A stretch of DNA of 64,000 nt from Gemmatimonadales bacterium (GCA_041390145.1 JAWKQM010000002.1:96235-160234); one strand, 5' to 3'; shown: positions 28,141-39,277, counted from the first letter of the stretch. The notes: generated from the sequence alone by a model not told the origin. Numbers and translations are program-made.

Positions 28141-28986
28141 ATGCCCAACATCGCCGAGTTTCATCCGCAGATCGTCCACTTCATCGTGGTCCTTGGCTTC
28201 GTCGGCGTTGGGCTCCGGATTCTCTCGCTGCTGGTGAAGGTCGAGTGGTTCAAGCCCGCCGCCACGCTGGCGCTGTTGGCCGCCGCCACGGCCGGCGTGC
28301 TGGCGGCCCGTTCCGGCTCCGAGGCGCACGGGCCCGCCGAACGGATCCCAGGCGCGCGTGCGGCCGTGCAGGAGCACGAGGAACTCGGGGAGCGGGCGCG
28401 GAATCTCTTCCTCGTCGTCGCCGGCTTTGAAATCCTCGCGCTCGCCGTGCGCAAGCGGGAAAAGGTGCGGCGGATCGCGCTGGTCGGCTCCGCCGTCGCG
28501 GGCGTCGTCGCCGCCTTCTTTCTTTTTGAGGCGGCAGAGCATGGGGGTCGAGTGGTGTACGGGTATGCTGGTGGCGTCGGCACCCGCTCCGGGGATCCCG
28601 CGGACGTCAAACACCTGCTCGTCGCCGGGCTGTACAACGGGGCGCGCGCCAAACGGGAGGCCGGCGACACGGCGAGTGCCGCCCGGCTGACCGAGGAACT
28701 CGCCCGGCAGATGCCGGAGGATTTCGGCGTGCAACTGCTTGCCGCACGGTCCCAGCTGGTTGACCTGCACGACCCAGCCGCGGCCATGGCGGTGCTGGAC
28801 CGCATGCAGGTTCCCGCGGACAATCCCCGCATGGCGCTGCAGGCGGGCATGCTCCGAAGCGACGTCTACGTGGCGATGGGCCAGCCGGACTCAGCGCGCG
28901 CCGTCCTGCAGCAGCTGACGGCCCAATACCCGGACAATCCCATGGTGAAGCGGGTGATCGGGGAGGCCAGCGCAAAGCTGCCCTAG
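28141..28986 (+). CDS. Membrane protein: DUF2231-like N-terminal TM domain plus C-terminal TPR-like region
   Basis: ATG 28141 opens MPNIAEFHPQIVHFIVVLGFVGVGL. There are four predicted TM helices with conserved His/Glu (SEAHG, EHEELGE, EAAEHGG). A helical repeat tail follows (ARLTEELARQ...GQPDSARAVLQQLTAQYPDNP). Confidence 0.6.
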   Translation: MPNIAEFHPQIVHFIVVLGFVGVGLRILSLLVKVEWFKPAATLALLAAATAGVLAARSGSEAHGPAERIPGARAAVQEHEELGERARNLFLVVAGFEILALAVRKREKVRRIALVGSAVAGVVAAFFLFEAAEHGGRVVYGYAGGVGTRSGDPADVKHLLVAGLYNGARAKREAGDTASAARLTEELARQMPEDFGVQLLAARSQLVDLHDPAAAMAVLDRMQVPADNPRMALQAGMLRSDVYVAMGQPDSARAVLQQLTAQYPDNPMVKRVIGEASAKLP

Positions 28987-29087
28987 CGACGGGCCATCGT
29001 CTCCCGCGCGGTGTATTATTCGCGGTGATGACCGGACCCGCCGTCGACCTGCCCGATCAGTTGCCTCATCCAGTGGAGAGCCTTGCG

Positions 29088-31667
29088 GTGCAACCTGCGA
29101 ACTCGATCCGCCGGACTTGTCGCTCGCTGGCACCGGTGTTGGTCCTGCTCGCGCTGTCGGCCACCACCGCCGCGGCCCAGGGAGCACCGGTCACGCGGGA
29201 CAGCATCACGGTGGCCCCAGGCCCGCAGTTCAGCACGACCTCCTGGATCCGGTGGCTCGGGACCCCGATGTTCGGCTCGCGCTATCGCGATCTCTGGCGC
29301 ACACCCATCACACTCCCCCTCCTCGATTTGGCGGCCACGGCCGGGGGACTGGCGGTGTCCGGCCGCGGCGCGGGCATGCAGGCGGGGTTCATCTACCTCA
29401 CGGGTGCAGATGGGTCCCACTGGGTCTTTTACCCGCTGGACCGCCCGGAACCGCACTCCTTTCCGGCGGGTGTCGTGCCCGAGGCGGTCGGTGACGGGCT
29501 CGTCACCGACCTGGTGAGCGGACGGAACCCCGCTGGTCCGCTCGTGGCGGCTGCGTTGGCCGAGGCGGCTGACGTGCCGAACCAGGACGCCTGGCTGGTG
29601 GCGGTGCCGGCCGGCTCGGGGCTGCAGCTCGTGGCGGCCGGGGACTCGGCACGCGCCGGCTACCTGATCCGCGGCGACCCGGTTGCGACCACCGACTCCA
29701 CCGGGCCGGTGACGGACGGCACCGTCATCACCGCCCGGGCCTTCCTGCACCGGGTCCTGACGCAGCCGCAGGAGCGGATCGACGCGCGCGCCGTGTTGGT
29801 GGCGGTCCTCTTCAACGCATACGTCGGCAACCTCAATCCACGCTTTCTCGAGTGGCGATGGCAGGCCGCGGTCGAGGATTCGGGCGTCCGCTGGCGGCCC
29901 CTCGGGCTCTTTCGGGCGACGGCCCTCTCCAAGTACAACGGCATCGTATCCAGCGCCTGGCGGCCGCTCGCCCCCGACCTGGTCAACTTCGGGAAGAAGT
30001 ACCCGCACGTCGTGACGGGGAACTCCGACCAGCAGAGCGCGTACCGGCTGATGGTGGGATCCCTCGCCCGATCCACCTGGGACTCGGTGGCAATGTCGTT
30101 GCAGGAGCGGCTGACCGACTCGGTCATTGATGCGGCGGTGGCCCGCATGCCCTCCGCGTACCAGGGCAAGGTCGGGACGGATATCGCGAGCGGGCTGCGG
30201 CATCGGCGGGATCACATGTCGACGCTGGTCGATCGCATGTATCGGCAGGTGCGCCAGGACGCCGAGATCTACGCGACGACCGCATCGGACCGCGTCGTCC
30301 TGCAGTGGGACGGAAGGGACTCGCTCGCCGTCCGCATCGGCACCAGGCGTCCGGCGCCATATCTGGCGCGTGAGACCAACCGGCTGACGCTCTTCCTGGG
30401 AACGGGAACGGACACGCTCGAGGTGGTGGGCGGGCCAGGGAAGGCGCCCGCCGTGCGGATCGCACCGCTGCCGGGGGAGTCCCTGTTCGTCACCGGGTCC
30501 GGCGATCAGCGAGCGCTGACCATCTTCGGCAAGTCGGCCGACATGATCACCGACCGGCCCGGCGACCTGCGAATCCAGTCCCGCACGCTGACCGATCCCC
30601 TCGCCCTCATCGACAGCACGGGGGAGGAGCGGTCCGATGTCCCGCGGACCTACCACCCCACGGGCTGGCTCGCGCTCACCTCCGGGGTCGGCCTGCTCAT
30701 CGGTGGTGGGGTGGTCCGGACCGACTGGTCGGGTGATGCCCGGCCGTACCGCAATCGCCTCACCCTCCGCGCCGCCTACGGTTCCGACTCGAAGCACGGC
30801 GTGGTGGAGCTCCTGGGCGATTTTCGCTTCGCGCGCTCCCCGCTCCAGCTGCAGGTCGAAGCGGTCGCGTCCGGCGTCGGGGCGGTCTATTTCTATGGGT
30901 ACGGCAACCAGACGCCCGGCGACAGTGCCAACGCGTATTACCGAGCGGGACGGAACCTCTACGGGCTGGCGCCGACACTGCTCCTTCCCCTGTCGGACCG
31001 GATCAAGGTCGGGGTGGGAATCGAGCTCAAATCGGTGAATACCCCACTGGACAGCAACCTCTACATCGGCATTGCGCAACCGTACGGCAGCCCGGACTTC
31101 GGGGAGGCGGGCTTCACGGGCGAGTTTGTCCTCGACACCCGGGACGTCCGGGGCGCCCCCCGCAAGGGCGTGCTCGCCAGCGTGACCGGCGGCTGGTATC
31201 CCTGGGTGAAGGACGGGAGCGGTGACTTCACAACCGTCTCCAGCTCGCTCGCGACCTATCTCACCCCCCGCTGGTGGCAGGCCATGACTGTGGCGACCCG
31301 GATCGGCGGCACCACGACGTCCGGCAGCGTTCCGTACTATCAGGCGGCGTTCGTGGGCGGCGGGCGCACGGTGCGGGGACTGCCACAGGGCCGGTACGAA
31401 GGCGACCACTCGCTCTACGGAAACCTGGACCTCCGCCTCCGGGTCACACAGATCCAGTTCGTACTGCCCTGGGACTTCGGGGTGCTGGGGCTGGCTGACG
31501 TCGGCCGGGTCTGGGTGACCGGTGAGCAGTCCAACGTCTGGCATCCGAGCTTCGGTGGAGGACTCTGGGCCGCCCTCCTGGACCGCTCCCTCGCGGCGAG
31601 CCTCACCGTGGCGGGCGGCGCCGGACAGGGGATCTTCATCAACGCGCTCGGCGGGTTCACCTTCTAG
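29088..31667 (+). CDS. Omp85-superfamily outer-membrane protein (bacterial surface antigen barrel) with a large uncharacterised N-terminal region
   Basis: The C-terminus reads YYQAAFVGGGRTVRGLPQGRY...GGLWAAL...FINALGGFTF, an Omp85 barrel signature with a terminal Phe. I prefer GTG 29088 because it is preceded by GGAGAG and gives the signal peptide RRTCRSLAPVLVLLALSATTAAAQG. The track start at 29025/29028 is also possible. Confidence 0.7.
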   Translation: MQPANSIRRTCRSLAPVLVLLALSATTAAAQGAPVTRDSITVAPGPQFSTTSWIRWLGTPMFGSRYRDLWRTPITLPLLDLAATAGGLAVSGRGAGMQAGFIYLTGADGSHWVFYPLDRPEPHSFPAGVVPEAVGDGLVTDLVSGRNPAGPLVAAALAEAADVPNQDAWLVAVPAGSGLQLVAAGDSARAGYLIRGDPVATTDSTGPVTDGTVITARAFLHRVLTQPQERIDARAVLVAVLFNAYVGNLNPRFLEWRWQAAVEDSGVRWRPLGLFRATALSKYNGIVSSAWRPLAPDLVNFGKKYPHVVTGNSDQQSAYRLMVGSLARSTWDSVAMSLQERLTDSVIDAAVARMPSAYQGKVGTDIASGLRHRRDHMSTLVDRMYRQVRQDAEIYATTASDRVVLQWDGRDSLAVRIGTRRPAPYLARETNRLTLFLGTGTDTLEVVGGPGKAPAVRIAPLPGESLFVTGSGDQRALTIFGKSADMITDRPGDLRIQSRTLTDPLALIDSTGEERSDVPRTYHPTGWLALTSGVGLLIGGGVVRTDWSGDARPYRNRLTLRAAYGSDSKHGVVELLGDFRFARSPLQLQVEAVASGVGAVYFYGYGNQTPGDSANAYYRAGRNLYGLAPTLLLPLSDRIKVGVGIELKSVNTPLDSNLYIGIAQPYGSPDFGEAGFTGEFVLDTRDVRGAPRKGVLASVTGGWYPWVKDGSGDFTTVSSSLATYLTPRWWQAMTVATRIGGTTTSGSVPYYQAAFVGGGRTVRGLPQGRYEGDHSLYGNLDLRLRVTQIQFVLPWDFGVLGLADVGRVWVTGEQSNVWHPSFGGGLWAALLDRSLAASLTVAGGAGQGIFINALGGFTF

Positions 31668-31697
31668 TCTCGCGTCTCTCGCGACGGACGACTGCTC

Positions 31698-33854
31698 ATG
31701 CTACCCATCCTCCTGATCCTGGCCCAGGCCGCGAGCCAACTGCCCGACACCACCGGCTACGCGACACCGGAGCTCCGTGCCCTCCTTGAGCGCGCCGCGG
31801 CCGTGAACGCCACGCCGCCCGCGGACTTCAGGGCACTTACCGCCCGGTACGAGTCCGAAGTGGCCCTGGTCAAGCTGCTCCCGGGTCGGATTCAGGGCGC
31901 CTCTACCATCGAGCAGACGGCCGGTATTTTCACGTGGGTGGCCGACAGTGGCTTTGGGCAGCATCAGCTGGGCTACCGCGTCGTGACCACCGGGGTGCCC
32001 CTCCCCGGATCGGCGGCGCTGACCAATGGGTGGATCATCCCGACCCTCACTGGAGAGAAGTGGAGCCTGTTCGGGTCCTCGAGCGGCGCCAAGACGGCCG
32101 TCGGAGCCGACTCCGGCGGTGACTACTCGGCGTGGTCGCCGCTCGGCGCGAGCCGCGACCAGTTCTACCGGTTTGAGGGCGGCGACACCGTCACTATCGC
32201 CTTTCCGACCGGCCCCGAGGCCCGGATGGTTCGGATCGCGGTCTGGCCACGCGAGGCCGGCACCACGCGTGAAAAAGTGTTCCGCGGAGACATCTACCTG
32301 GATCCTGAAACTGGTGTGCTTCGGCGGGTGCGGGGCCAGTTCCTCACCATCGGCGGCCCCCCAGAATCCGGACGCGCGAAGTTTCTCAACAAGCTTGCCC
32401 TGAACGGCGCCATCGCGGATCTCGTGACCACGGAAGTTCCGGGCGCGGGCTGGATTCCCACGTACCAGCGGATCGACCTCGAGGTCCTGATTCCGCTCAC
32501 GACGGAGAGCTGGAGCATTCTCCGCGTCATGACGCGCCTCGGGGACATGGAGGCCGTCGTGGCTGCGCCCGGCGCACCCCCGGGAACCCTGCCGGCGCTC
32601 CAGCCAGGCCGCTCCGTGACCACCAAGGACAGCCTCCACGACTTCCGCGGGTGGAAGCTGCCGCCCAACACGCCGATGAACTCGGTGGAAACCGCCGACC
32701 TCTTCAGCGTCGGGCCCCTCGCGTTTCGGCCGGATGGCCCGCCCGAGTATCTCTGGCGCGGCCCCACCACGCTTGAGGCACTTCGGTTCAACCGGGTGGA
32801 AGGGCTGTACGTCGGCGTCTCCGGCACCATGTACTTCCGGGACGCCGTGCCGGGACTCAAGGTGCGCGGAACCGCCGGGTATGCCATGTGGCCCGGGCTG
32901 CCCCGTGGCGGCATTTCGGCCACCCTCGGCCGACCGCGCTGGGCCACGAACGTGACCGCCATGCGAGACCTGGATCTCACCACGAAGTTTGCCGACCCGC
33001 TCGACTACAACCGCGGCGTGCGCGCCCTCTTCCAGCAGGACAACTACGACTACGTCGACCGGCGGACCATCGGGGTTGGTGGCGAGTGGTTCTTCAACCC
33101 CCTGAACCCCGGCGGGGTGACGGCCCGCGTCGACTGGATCGACGACCGCCGCACCGTGGCGGACCTCTCGACCGGCCCCCTCGGCCAGACCTACACGATC
33201 AACCCGAACGTGGTGGCCTATGAGTACCCCCGCGTCCAGGTCGGCGTGCACTGGCACCCGGAAATCAGTTCGCACTTCACGAAGACAGGCGTCGCGTTGC
33301 ACGCCACTTATGAGGCGGGCGGGGGCGACTTGCCCTATCAGCGGATCCAGGCCGGCTTCGTCGTCCGACTCAACTGGAAGATCGTCACCTTCACCATGGT
33401 CGCCGATGGCGGCACCACGATCTCCAACAATCCGCCCACGCAGCAGCTGTTCCTCATCGGCGGCTCCGGTTCGATGCCCGGGTACGATTACGACCAGTTT
33501 GGCGGCAATGTGGGCGCGCTGAGTCGCTGGATGCTGGCGGTCCCGCTGCCCTTCCTCCAGACGCCGCTCAAAATCGGGAACGCGACCATCCCGCCGATCG
33601 CGCCCAACCTGTCATACCGGTTCTATGCCGGATACACCGATACGACCAACGACGCGGCGCAGGCGGCGCTGAATGCGGTCGGGAGCCAGACCGTCAACGG
33701 CGTGAATCAGCCCTTTTCCGTGGTCTCCGATGGGGTCAAGACGACCCAGGAGATCCGATTGAGCCTCTTCGGCACCCTGCTTGGCTTCGGCGTGGCACGC
33801 CCGACGGACGGGGGCGCCTGGACGTTTACCTTCGCATTCGCACAGTCGTTCTAG
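31698..33854 (+). CDS. Uncharacterised outer-membrane barrel protein, paralogue A (Omp85-like C-terminal barrel)
   Basis: 718 aa ending FTFAFAQSF. It has the barrel motif LFLIGGSGSMPGYDYDQFGG. It is clearly homologous along its length to the 57757-59799 product (TPE..AL, YLD.ET, W.P..QRI, NRV.GL). Confidence 0.65.
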   Translation: MLPILLILAQAASQLPDTTGYATPELRALLERAAAVNATPPADFRALTARYESEVALVKLLPGRIQGASTIEQTAGIFTWVADSGFGQHQLGYRVVTTGVPLPGSAALTNGWIIPTLTGEKWSLFGSSSGAKTAVGADSGGDYSAWSPLGASRDQFYRFEGGDTVTIAFPTGPEARMVRIAVWPREAGTTREKVFRGDIYLDPETGVLRRVRGQFLTIGGPPESGRAKFLNKLALNGAIADLVTTEVPGAGWIPTYQRIDLEVLIPLTTESWSILRVMTRLGDMEAVVAAPGAPPGTLPALQPGRSVTTKDSLHDFRGWKLPPNTPMNSVETADLFSVGPLAFRPDGPPEYLWRGPTTLEALRFNRVEGLYVGVSGTMYFRDAVPGLKVRGTAGYAMWPGLPRGGISATLGRPRWATNVTAMRDLDLTTKFADPLDYNRGVRALFQQDNYDYVDRRTIGVGGEWFFNPLNPGGVTARVDWIDDRRTVADLSTGPLGQTYTINPNVVAYEYPRVQVGVHWHPEISSHFTKTGVALHATYEAGGGDLPYQRIQAGFVVRLNWKIVTFTMVADGGTTISNNPPTQQLFLIGGSGSMPGYDYDQFGGNVGALSRWMLAVPLPFLQTPLKIGNATIPPIAPNLSYRFYAGYTDTTNDAAQAALNAVGSQTVNGVNQPFSVVSDGVKTTQEIRLSLFGTLLGFGVARPTDGGAWTFTFAFAQSF

Positions 33855-33872
33855 CGATCCTGCCGCCCTCCC

Positions 33873-33900
33873 CGCCCGGCCCGGCTGTCCGGGTCGGGCG
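33873..33900 (+). terminator. Intrinsic terminator-like hairpin after the barrel gene
   Basis: CGCCCGGCCCGG-CTGT-CCGGGTCGGGCG. The stem is 12 bp with one G-U pair and is followed by the T-rich CGTTGTATAT. Confidence 0.6.
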
Positions 33901-34062
33901 CGTTGTATATCATTCCATATAAACAAGATACGTGTCTGTCATAATGGCAGAGAATCACGGTATGGGGGTTGCCTTGAGGGTGGGCAACTCTGCCCGCCCT
34001 GAGCCTGTGGCCTCCAGCCGCCGGTCGGCGTGCGTGATTTCCCGAGAAAGGAATCCGACAGC

Positions 34063-35973
<1,911 letters not shown>

Positions 35974-36074
35974 CGCGCGACTGAAACCTTTTCCTGCGCA
36001 TCCGGGTTATGATGGAATAGCCCGGCTGCGCCGGGAAGTGCATTCATACGCCAACAACTGAGAGAGTCCCCCTC

Positions 36075-37667
36075 ATGTCCGTTCGCACCCGCAATTGGCT
36101 CAAGTTTGGAAGTCTCGTCGGCCTCGCCTTCATGCTGGGCCTCCTCTTCGCCGGCGTCCTGGAGTTGCCGGGCGCCACTCAGGCCCAGTCCCAGTCGGGC
36201 TTGCTGGCCCAGCCCGCAAGCTTCCAGTCGGCCGTCCCGGCGGTCACACGCCAGCCGGTCCCCTCCAACGGGTCCGCCGCCAGCATGCTCGTCGCCCTGA
36301 GCGACGCGTTCGCCGACGTGGCCGAGGGGGTGAAGCCCAGCGTCGTCGTCGTTCGTTCCCAGAAGACCAGCGCCGCACCCCAGGCGCAGCTGCCACCCGA
36401 GATGCAGCGCTTCTTTCCGCATAACCGGCAGGGACCACGGGTCGAGCAGAGCGGCGGCACCGGCGTCGTGGTATCCACCGATGGCCTCGTCCTGACGAAC
36501 AATCACGTCGTCGAAGGGGCGGACAAGGTGACCGTCGAGCTGCCCGACCGCCGCGTGTTCAATGCAACGGTCGTGGGAACCGACCCGAACACCGACGTCG
36601 CGGTCGTGCGGATCAAGGCCACCGGCCTGAAGCCCGTGGTGCTTGGCAACAGTGACGACGCGCGGGTCGGCGAATGGGTCCTGGCCATCGGGAACCCGCT
36701 GGGCAACGCCCTGACGTTCACCGTGACCAGCGGCATCATCAGCGCCACCGGTCGCGGGCTGATTGGCCTGCCAAACCGCTCGCAGGGCAGCATCCAGGAC
36801 TTCATCCAGACCGATGCCGCCATCAACCCCGGCAACTCCGGCGGTCCGCTGATCAACGTCCGCGGCGAGGTGATTGGCATCAACTCCGCCATCGCCAGCG
36901 AGACCGGGCTCAACGCCGGCTACGGATTCGCGATTCCGATCAACCTGGCGCGGAACGTCATGGAACAGCTGGTCAGCACCGGCCACGTGGAGCGCGCCGC
37001 CCTGGGCATCACGATCCGAGACGCCGGGCCCAACGACGCCGCCTACGTCGGGCTGGCCGAAATTCGTGGCGTGAAGGTCGAGACGTTCTCGCCCAATTCG
37101 CCCGCCGAGACCGCCGGCCTCCGTCCAGGCGACATCATCATCAGCGTGGACGGGAAGCCGGTCAACTACACGGCCCAGCTGCAGACCGCCATCGGGTTCA
37201 TGCGCCCGGGGCAGGTCGTCCAGGTGGAAGTCGCCCGGAAGGGTGGCGCCCGCAAGACCTACGCGGTGAAGCTCACCGCCCTGAACGTCCCCGAGGTGGC
37301 CCAGGGCCCGTCGGCACAACCGGACGAAGAGGCCGCGCCGGAAGCGGGGGCCGTGATCGCCCCGCTCGGCATCACCGTCCAGAAGATTTCGGCGGACGAC
37401 GCGGCACAAATGGGGCTTCCGCGCGGAACTGGCGGCCTCGTGGTCCTGGATGTCACGCCGGACGGTCCCTCCTGGGGGGTCCTCAGCGCCACCCGCGCCG
37501 GCGGTCCGCCAGAAGTGATCCTGAGCGTCGAGGGGAAGCCGGTCTCGGATGAAGCGGAGCTCCGCGCCGCGCTTGCAAAGCCTGGCCCCGGCGGCATCGT
37601 GACGCTCGATGTCCTGCGTCCGACCAGCAATCAGCGCCGGATCGAACGGATCAAGCTGGCTGAATAG
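36075..37667 (+). CDS. htrA: Periplasmic serine endoprotease DegP/HtrA (Do family) with two PDZ-like regions
   Basis: N-terminal TM/signal segment, VLTNNHVV (His), DVAVVRI (Asp), GNSGGPLIN (Ser) and two PDZ-like segments. Confidence 0.9.
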   Translation: MSVRTRNWLKFGSLVGLAFMLGLLFAGVLELPGATQAQSQSGLLAQPASFQSAVPAVTRQPVPSNGSAASMLVALSDAFADVAEGVKPSVVVVRSQKTSAAPQAQLPPEMQRFFPHNRQGPRVEQSGGTGVVVSTDGLVLTNNHVVEGADKVTVELPDRRVFNATVVGTDPNTDVAVVRIKATGLKPVVLGNSDDARVGEWVLAIGNPLGNALTFTVTSGIISATGRGLIGLPNRSQGSIQDFIQTDAAINPGNSGGPLINVRGEVIGINSAIASETGLNAGYGFAIPINLARNVMEQLVSTGHVERAALGITIRDAGPNDAAYVGLAEIRGVKVETFSPNSPAETAGLRPGDIIISVDGKPVNYTAQLQTAIGFMRPGQVVQVEVARKGGARKTYAVKLTALNVPEVAQGPSAQPDEEAAPEAGAVIAPLGITVQKISADDAAQMGLPRGTGGLVVLDVTPDGPSWGVLSATRAGGPPEVILSVEGKPVSDEAELRAALAKPGPGGIVTLDVLRPTSNQRRIERIKLAE

Positions 37668-37689
37668 CGCCTCCACGGGCGTGGGACGG

Positions 37690-37729
37690 GGCGGTATTGG
37701 GGCACGGCGTGCCGTGCCCCAATACCGCC
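37690..37729 (+). terminator. Perfect 18-bp stem / 4-nt loop hairpin after htrA
   Basis: GGCGGTATTGGGGCACGG-CGTG-CCGTGCCCCAATACCGCC. No U-tract follows it. Confidence 0.5.
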
Positions 37730-37748
37730 TCGATGCTTACATTACGGG

Positions 37749-38243
37749 GTGAATTCCCGTACCCCCTTCCGCTGGGCCGTGCTGGCCCTCACTTTGGCCT
37801 GTTCCCCGGACGTCCAACCGGACGCCGGGAGTCCCTGGCTCACCGACAGCGATTTCGTGGTGGCCGGCTTGCCCGACGACGCCGACTCCGTTGAGATACT
37901 GGCGGTACTCGGCGAACCCGATTCCATCATTTCGCTTCCGGACCCCGACGAGCCGGACATTGAACTGCTGGCGTGGGTGTATCCGGACCTCGCCGTTGCG
38001 CTGGCCGATGATGGGCTCCGCTACGGCATCACCCTGACCAGCCCCAACGCGGTCACTGCCCGCGGGTTGCACCCTGGCGACCCTGAGACGCGGGTGCTCG
38101 AGCTCTACGGCCGCCCCAGGCGCGGGACGGCAGCCACGTGGGACTATGTCGCCACGGACGATCCCGACGGTCTGCATGTCATGCGTGTGGGGCTGGAAGA
38201 CGGGCGCGTCTCGTGGATCTTTCTCGGCTGGCTTCTGGAGTGA
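37749..38243 (+). CDS. Hypothetical lipoprotein
   Basis: GTG start. The signal has the lipobox AVLALTLACS. 164 aa, acidic, with no recognisable domain. Confidence 0.55.
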   Translation: MNSRTPFRWAVLALTLACSPDVQPDAGSPWLTDSDFVVAGLPDDADSVEILAVLGEPDSIISLPDPDEPDIELLAWVYPDLAVALADDGLRYGITLTSPNAVTARGLHPGDPETRVLELYGRPRRGTAATWDYVATDDPDGLHVMRVGLEDGRVSWIFLGWLLE

Positions 38244-38247
38244 CATC

Positions 38248-39156
38248 ATGACGGGTCGTTCCCGCCTCCTTCGAGTGGTCGAAACCGCCGAGCGTTTACC
38301 GCCGGCGCTCCAGCCTCCGTTCTGGGGGGCGCTGCTCGGCCTGGCGGTCACGGCAGGGCTGGTTCTTGCCAGCGTGCCACTGTGGCTCGTCCAGGGGCGC
38401 GCGGATATCCCGGCCGCGATCCTCGACATGGGGACGGCCGGACTCGTGGCCGGGGCAGCCGGTGGTGCCATCGCCCTCGTCCTGGCCGGACTGCGCAATG
38501 CGGGGCCGCTGGGCTACTACGCCCTCTGGATCATTGCGAACGCCGGCGCGGCACTGATTTACCTGGGCCTCCTCCGCCTCCTGGGCCGGGGAGAGGTGCT
38601 CGGGCTCAACCGAACATTTGCCCCGCTCATCGTTGCCGGGCTCGGCGCCCTGAACGGGCTGATCGTGGCCCGGGCGCTCGGGCGGAGCGGCCGGGAGTCG
38701 TACGGAGAATTCCGCACGTCCGCCAACCTGGTGGCCGGGGCGCTTCTCGCGGAGACGGCGGATCTCGAGCGGCGGGCACGAACCAATCCCGCGGCGGCCA
38801 ACGACCTCGACCGTGTGCGGCAGGCCGAGCCAAGTGAGGCCTACCTGCGGCTGCTGGAACGGGTCGGCCGGCGGCTGGAAGCCCTGCCCGCTGATGACGT
38901 CGATGCGCGCCACGCGCGAGAGCATGTGGCCGAACTCGTCACCCGCGTCCGAGAGGACGTCCAGCGGCTGGCGACAGACCCCGAGTTTGCCGCGGAGCTG
39001 AAGCATCGGCAGGAGGTCGCCGAGGAACTGTTCAAGAAGGAACTCGAGCGCGAGGCCAGGCGACTGCGGAAGTCGGGGGAGGACTCGCCGGAGGCGAAGG
39101 AGACGCTCGGAGCCATCGAGCGCGAGCTACGGGGAGGCTCCAGCGGGGACTCCTGA
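38248..39156 (+). CDS. Hypothetical membrane protein with charged coiled-coil-like C-terminal tail
   Basis: ATG 38248 lies 4 nt after the previous stop. About four hydrophobic helices are followed by a Glu/Arg-rich helical region (ELFKKELEREARRLRK). Confidence 0.5.
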   Translation: MTGRSRLLRVVETAERLPPALQPPFWGALLGLAVTAGLVLASVPLWLVQGRADIPAAILDMGTAGLVAGAAGGAIALVLAGLRNAGPLGYYALWIIANAGAALIYLGLLRLLGRGEVLGLNRTFAPLIVAGLGALNGLIVARALGRSGRESYGEFRTSANLVAGALLAETADLERRARTNPAAANDLDRVRQAEPSEAYLRLLERVGRRLEALPADDVDARHAREHVAELVTRVREDVQRLATDPEFAAELKHRQEVAEELFKKELEREARRLRKSGEDSPEAKETLGAIERELRGGSSGDS

Positions 39157-39176
39157 CCCGTCCTGATTCAAGATCG

Positions 39177-39257
39177 GCGACCGTGGCGGAATGGCAGACG
39201 CGCCTGGCTTAGGACCAGGTGGGGAAACCCGTGGGGGTTCGAGTCCCTCCGGTCGCA
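39177..39257 (+). tRNA. tRNA-Leu (anticodon TAG)
   Basis: The acceptor stem GCGACCG pairs with CGGTCGC, and the discriminator is A. The anticodon stem is CCTGG/CCAGG with loop CTTAGGA. There is a long variable arm (TGGGGAAACCCGT). The T-arm is GGGGG-TTCGAGT-CCCTC. CCA is not encoded. Confidence 0.9.
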
Positions 39258-39277
39258 CTCAACCCAAGGGAGGTCAC

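Noticed and set aside
31665-31700. The Omp85 gene and the following barrel gene are in the same reading frame, separated only by TAG plus 10 codons. This could indicate stop-codon read-through or a split gene.
   Set aside because: The upstream protein ends with a canonical barrel terminus (GGFTF). The downstream gene has its own ATG and a hydrophobic N-terminus. Nothing in the sequence context suggests recoding.
33961-34062. Sigma-32-type heat-shock promoter (CTTGAGG-N13-CCCGCCCT) or a CIRCE operator upstream of dnaK.
   Set aside because: The -10-like part matches the CCCCATNT consensus at only about half the positions, and no CIRCE inverted repeat is present. The evidence is too weak to call as a feature. 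It is noted under the AT-rich island finding instead.
39191-39277. ATG 39191 as the start of the CDGSH protein (104-aa track ORF).
   Set aside because: The ATG and the first 22 codons lie inside tRNA-Leu (39177-39257). The encoded MADAPGLGPGGETRGGSSPSGRTQPKGG segment is low-complexity and not part of CDGSH proteins.
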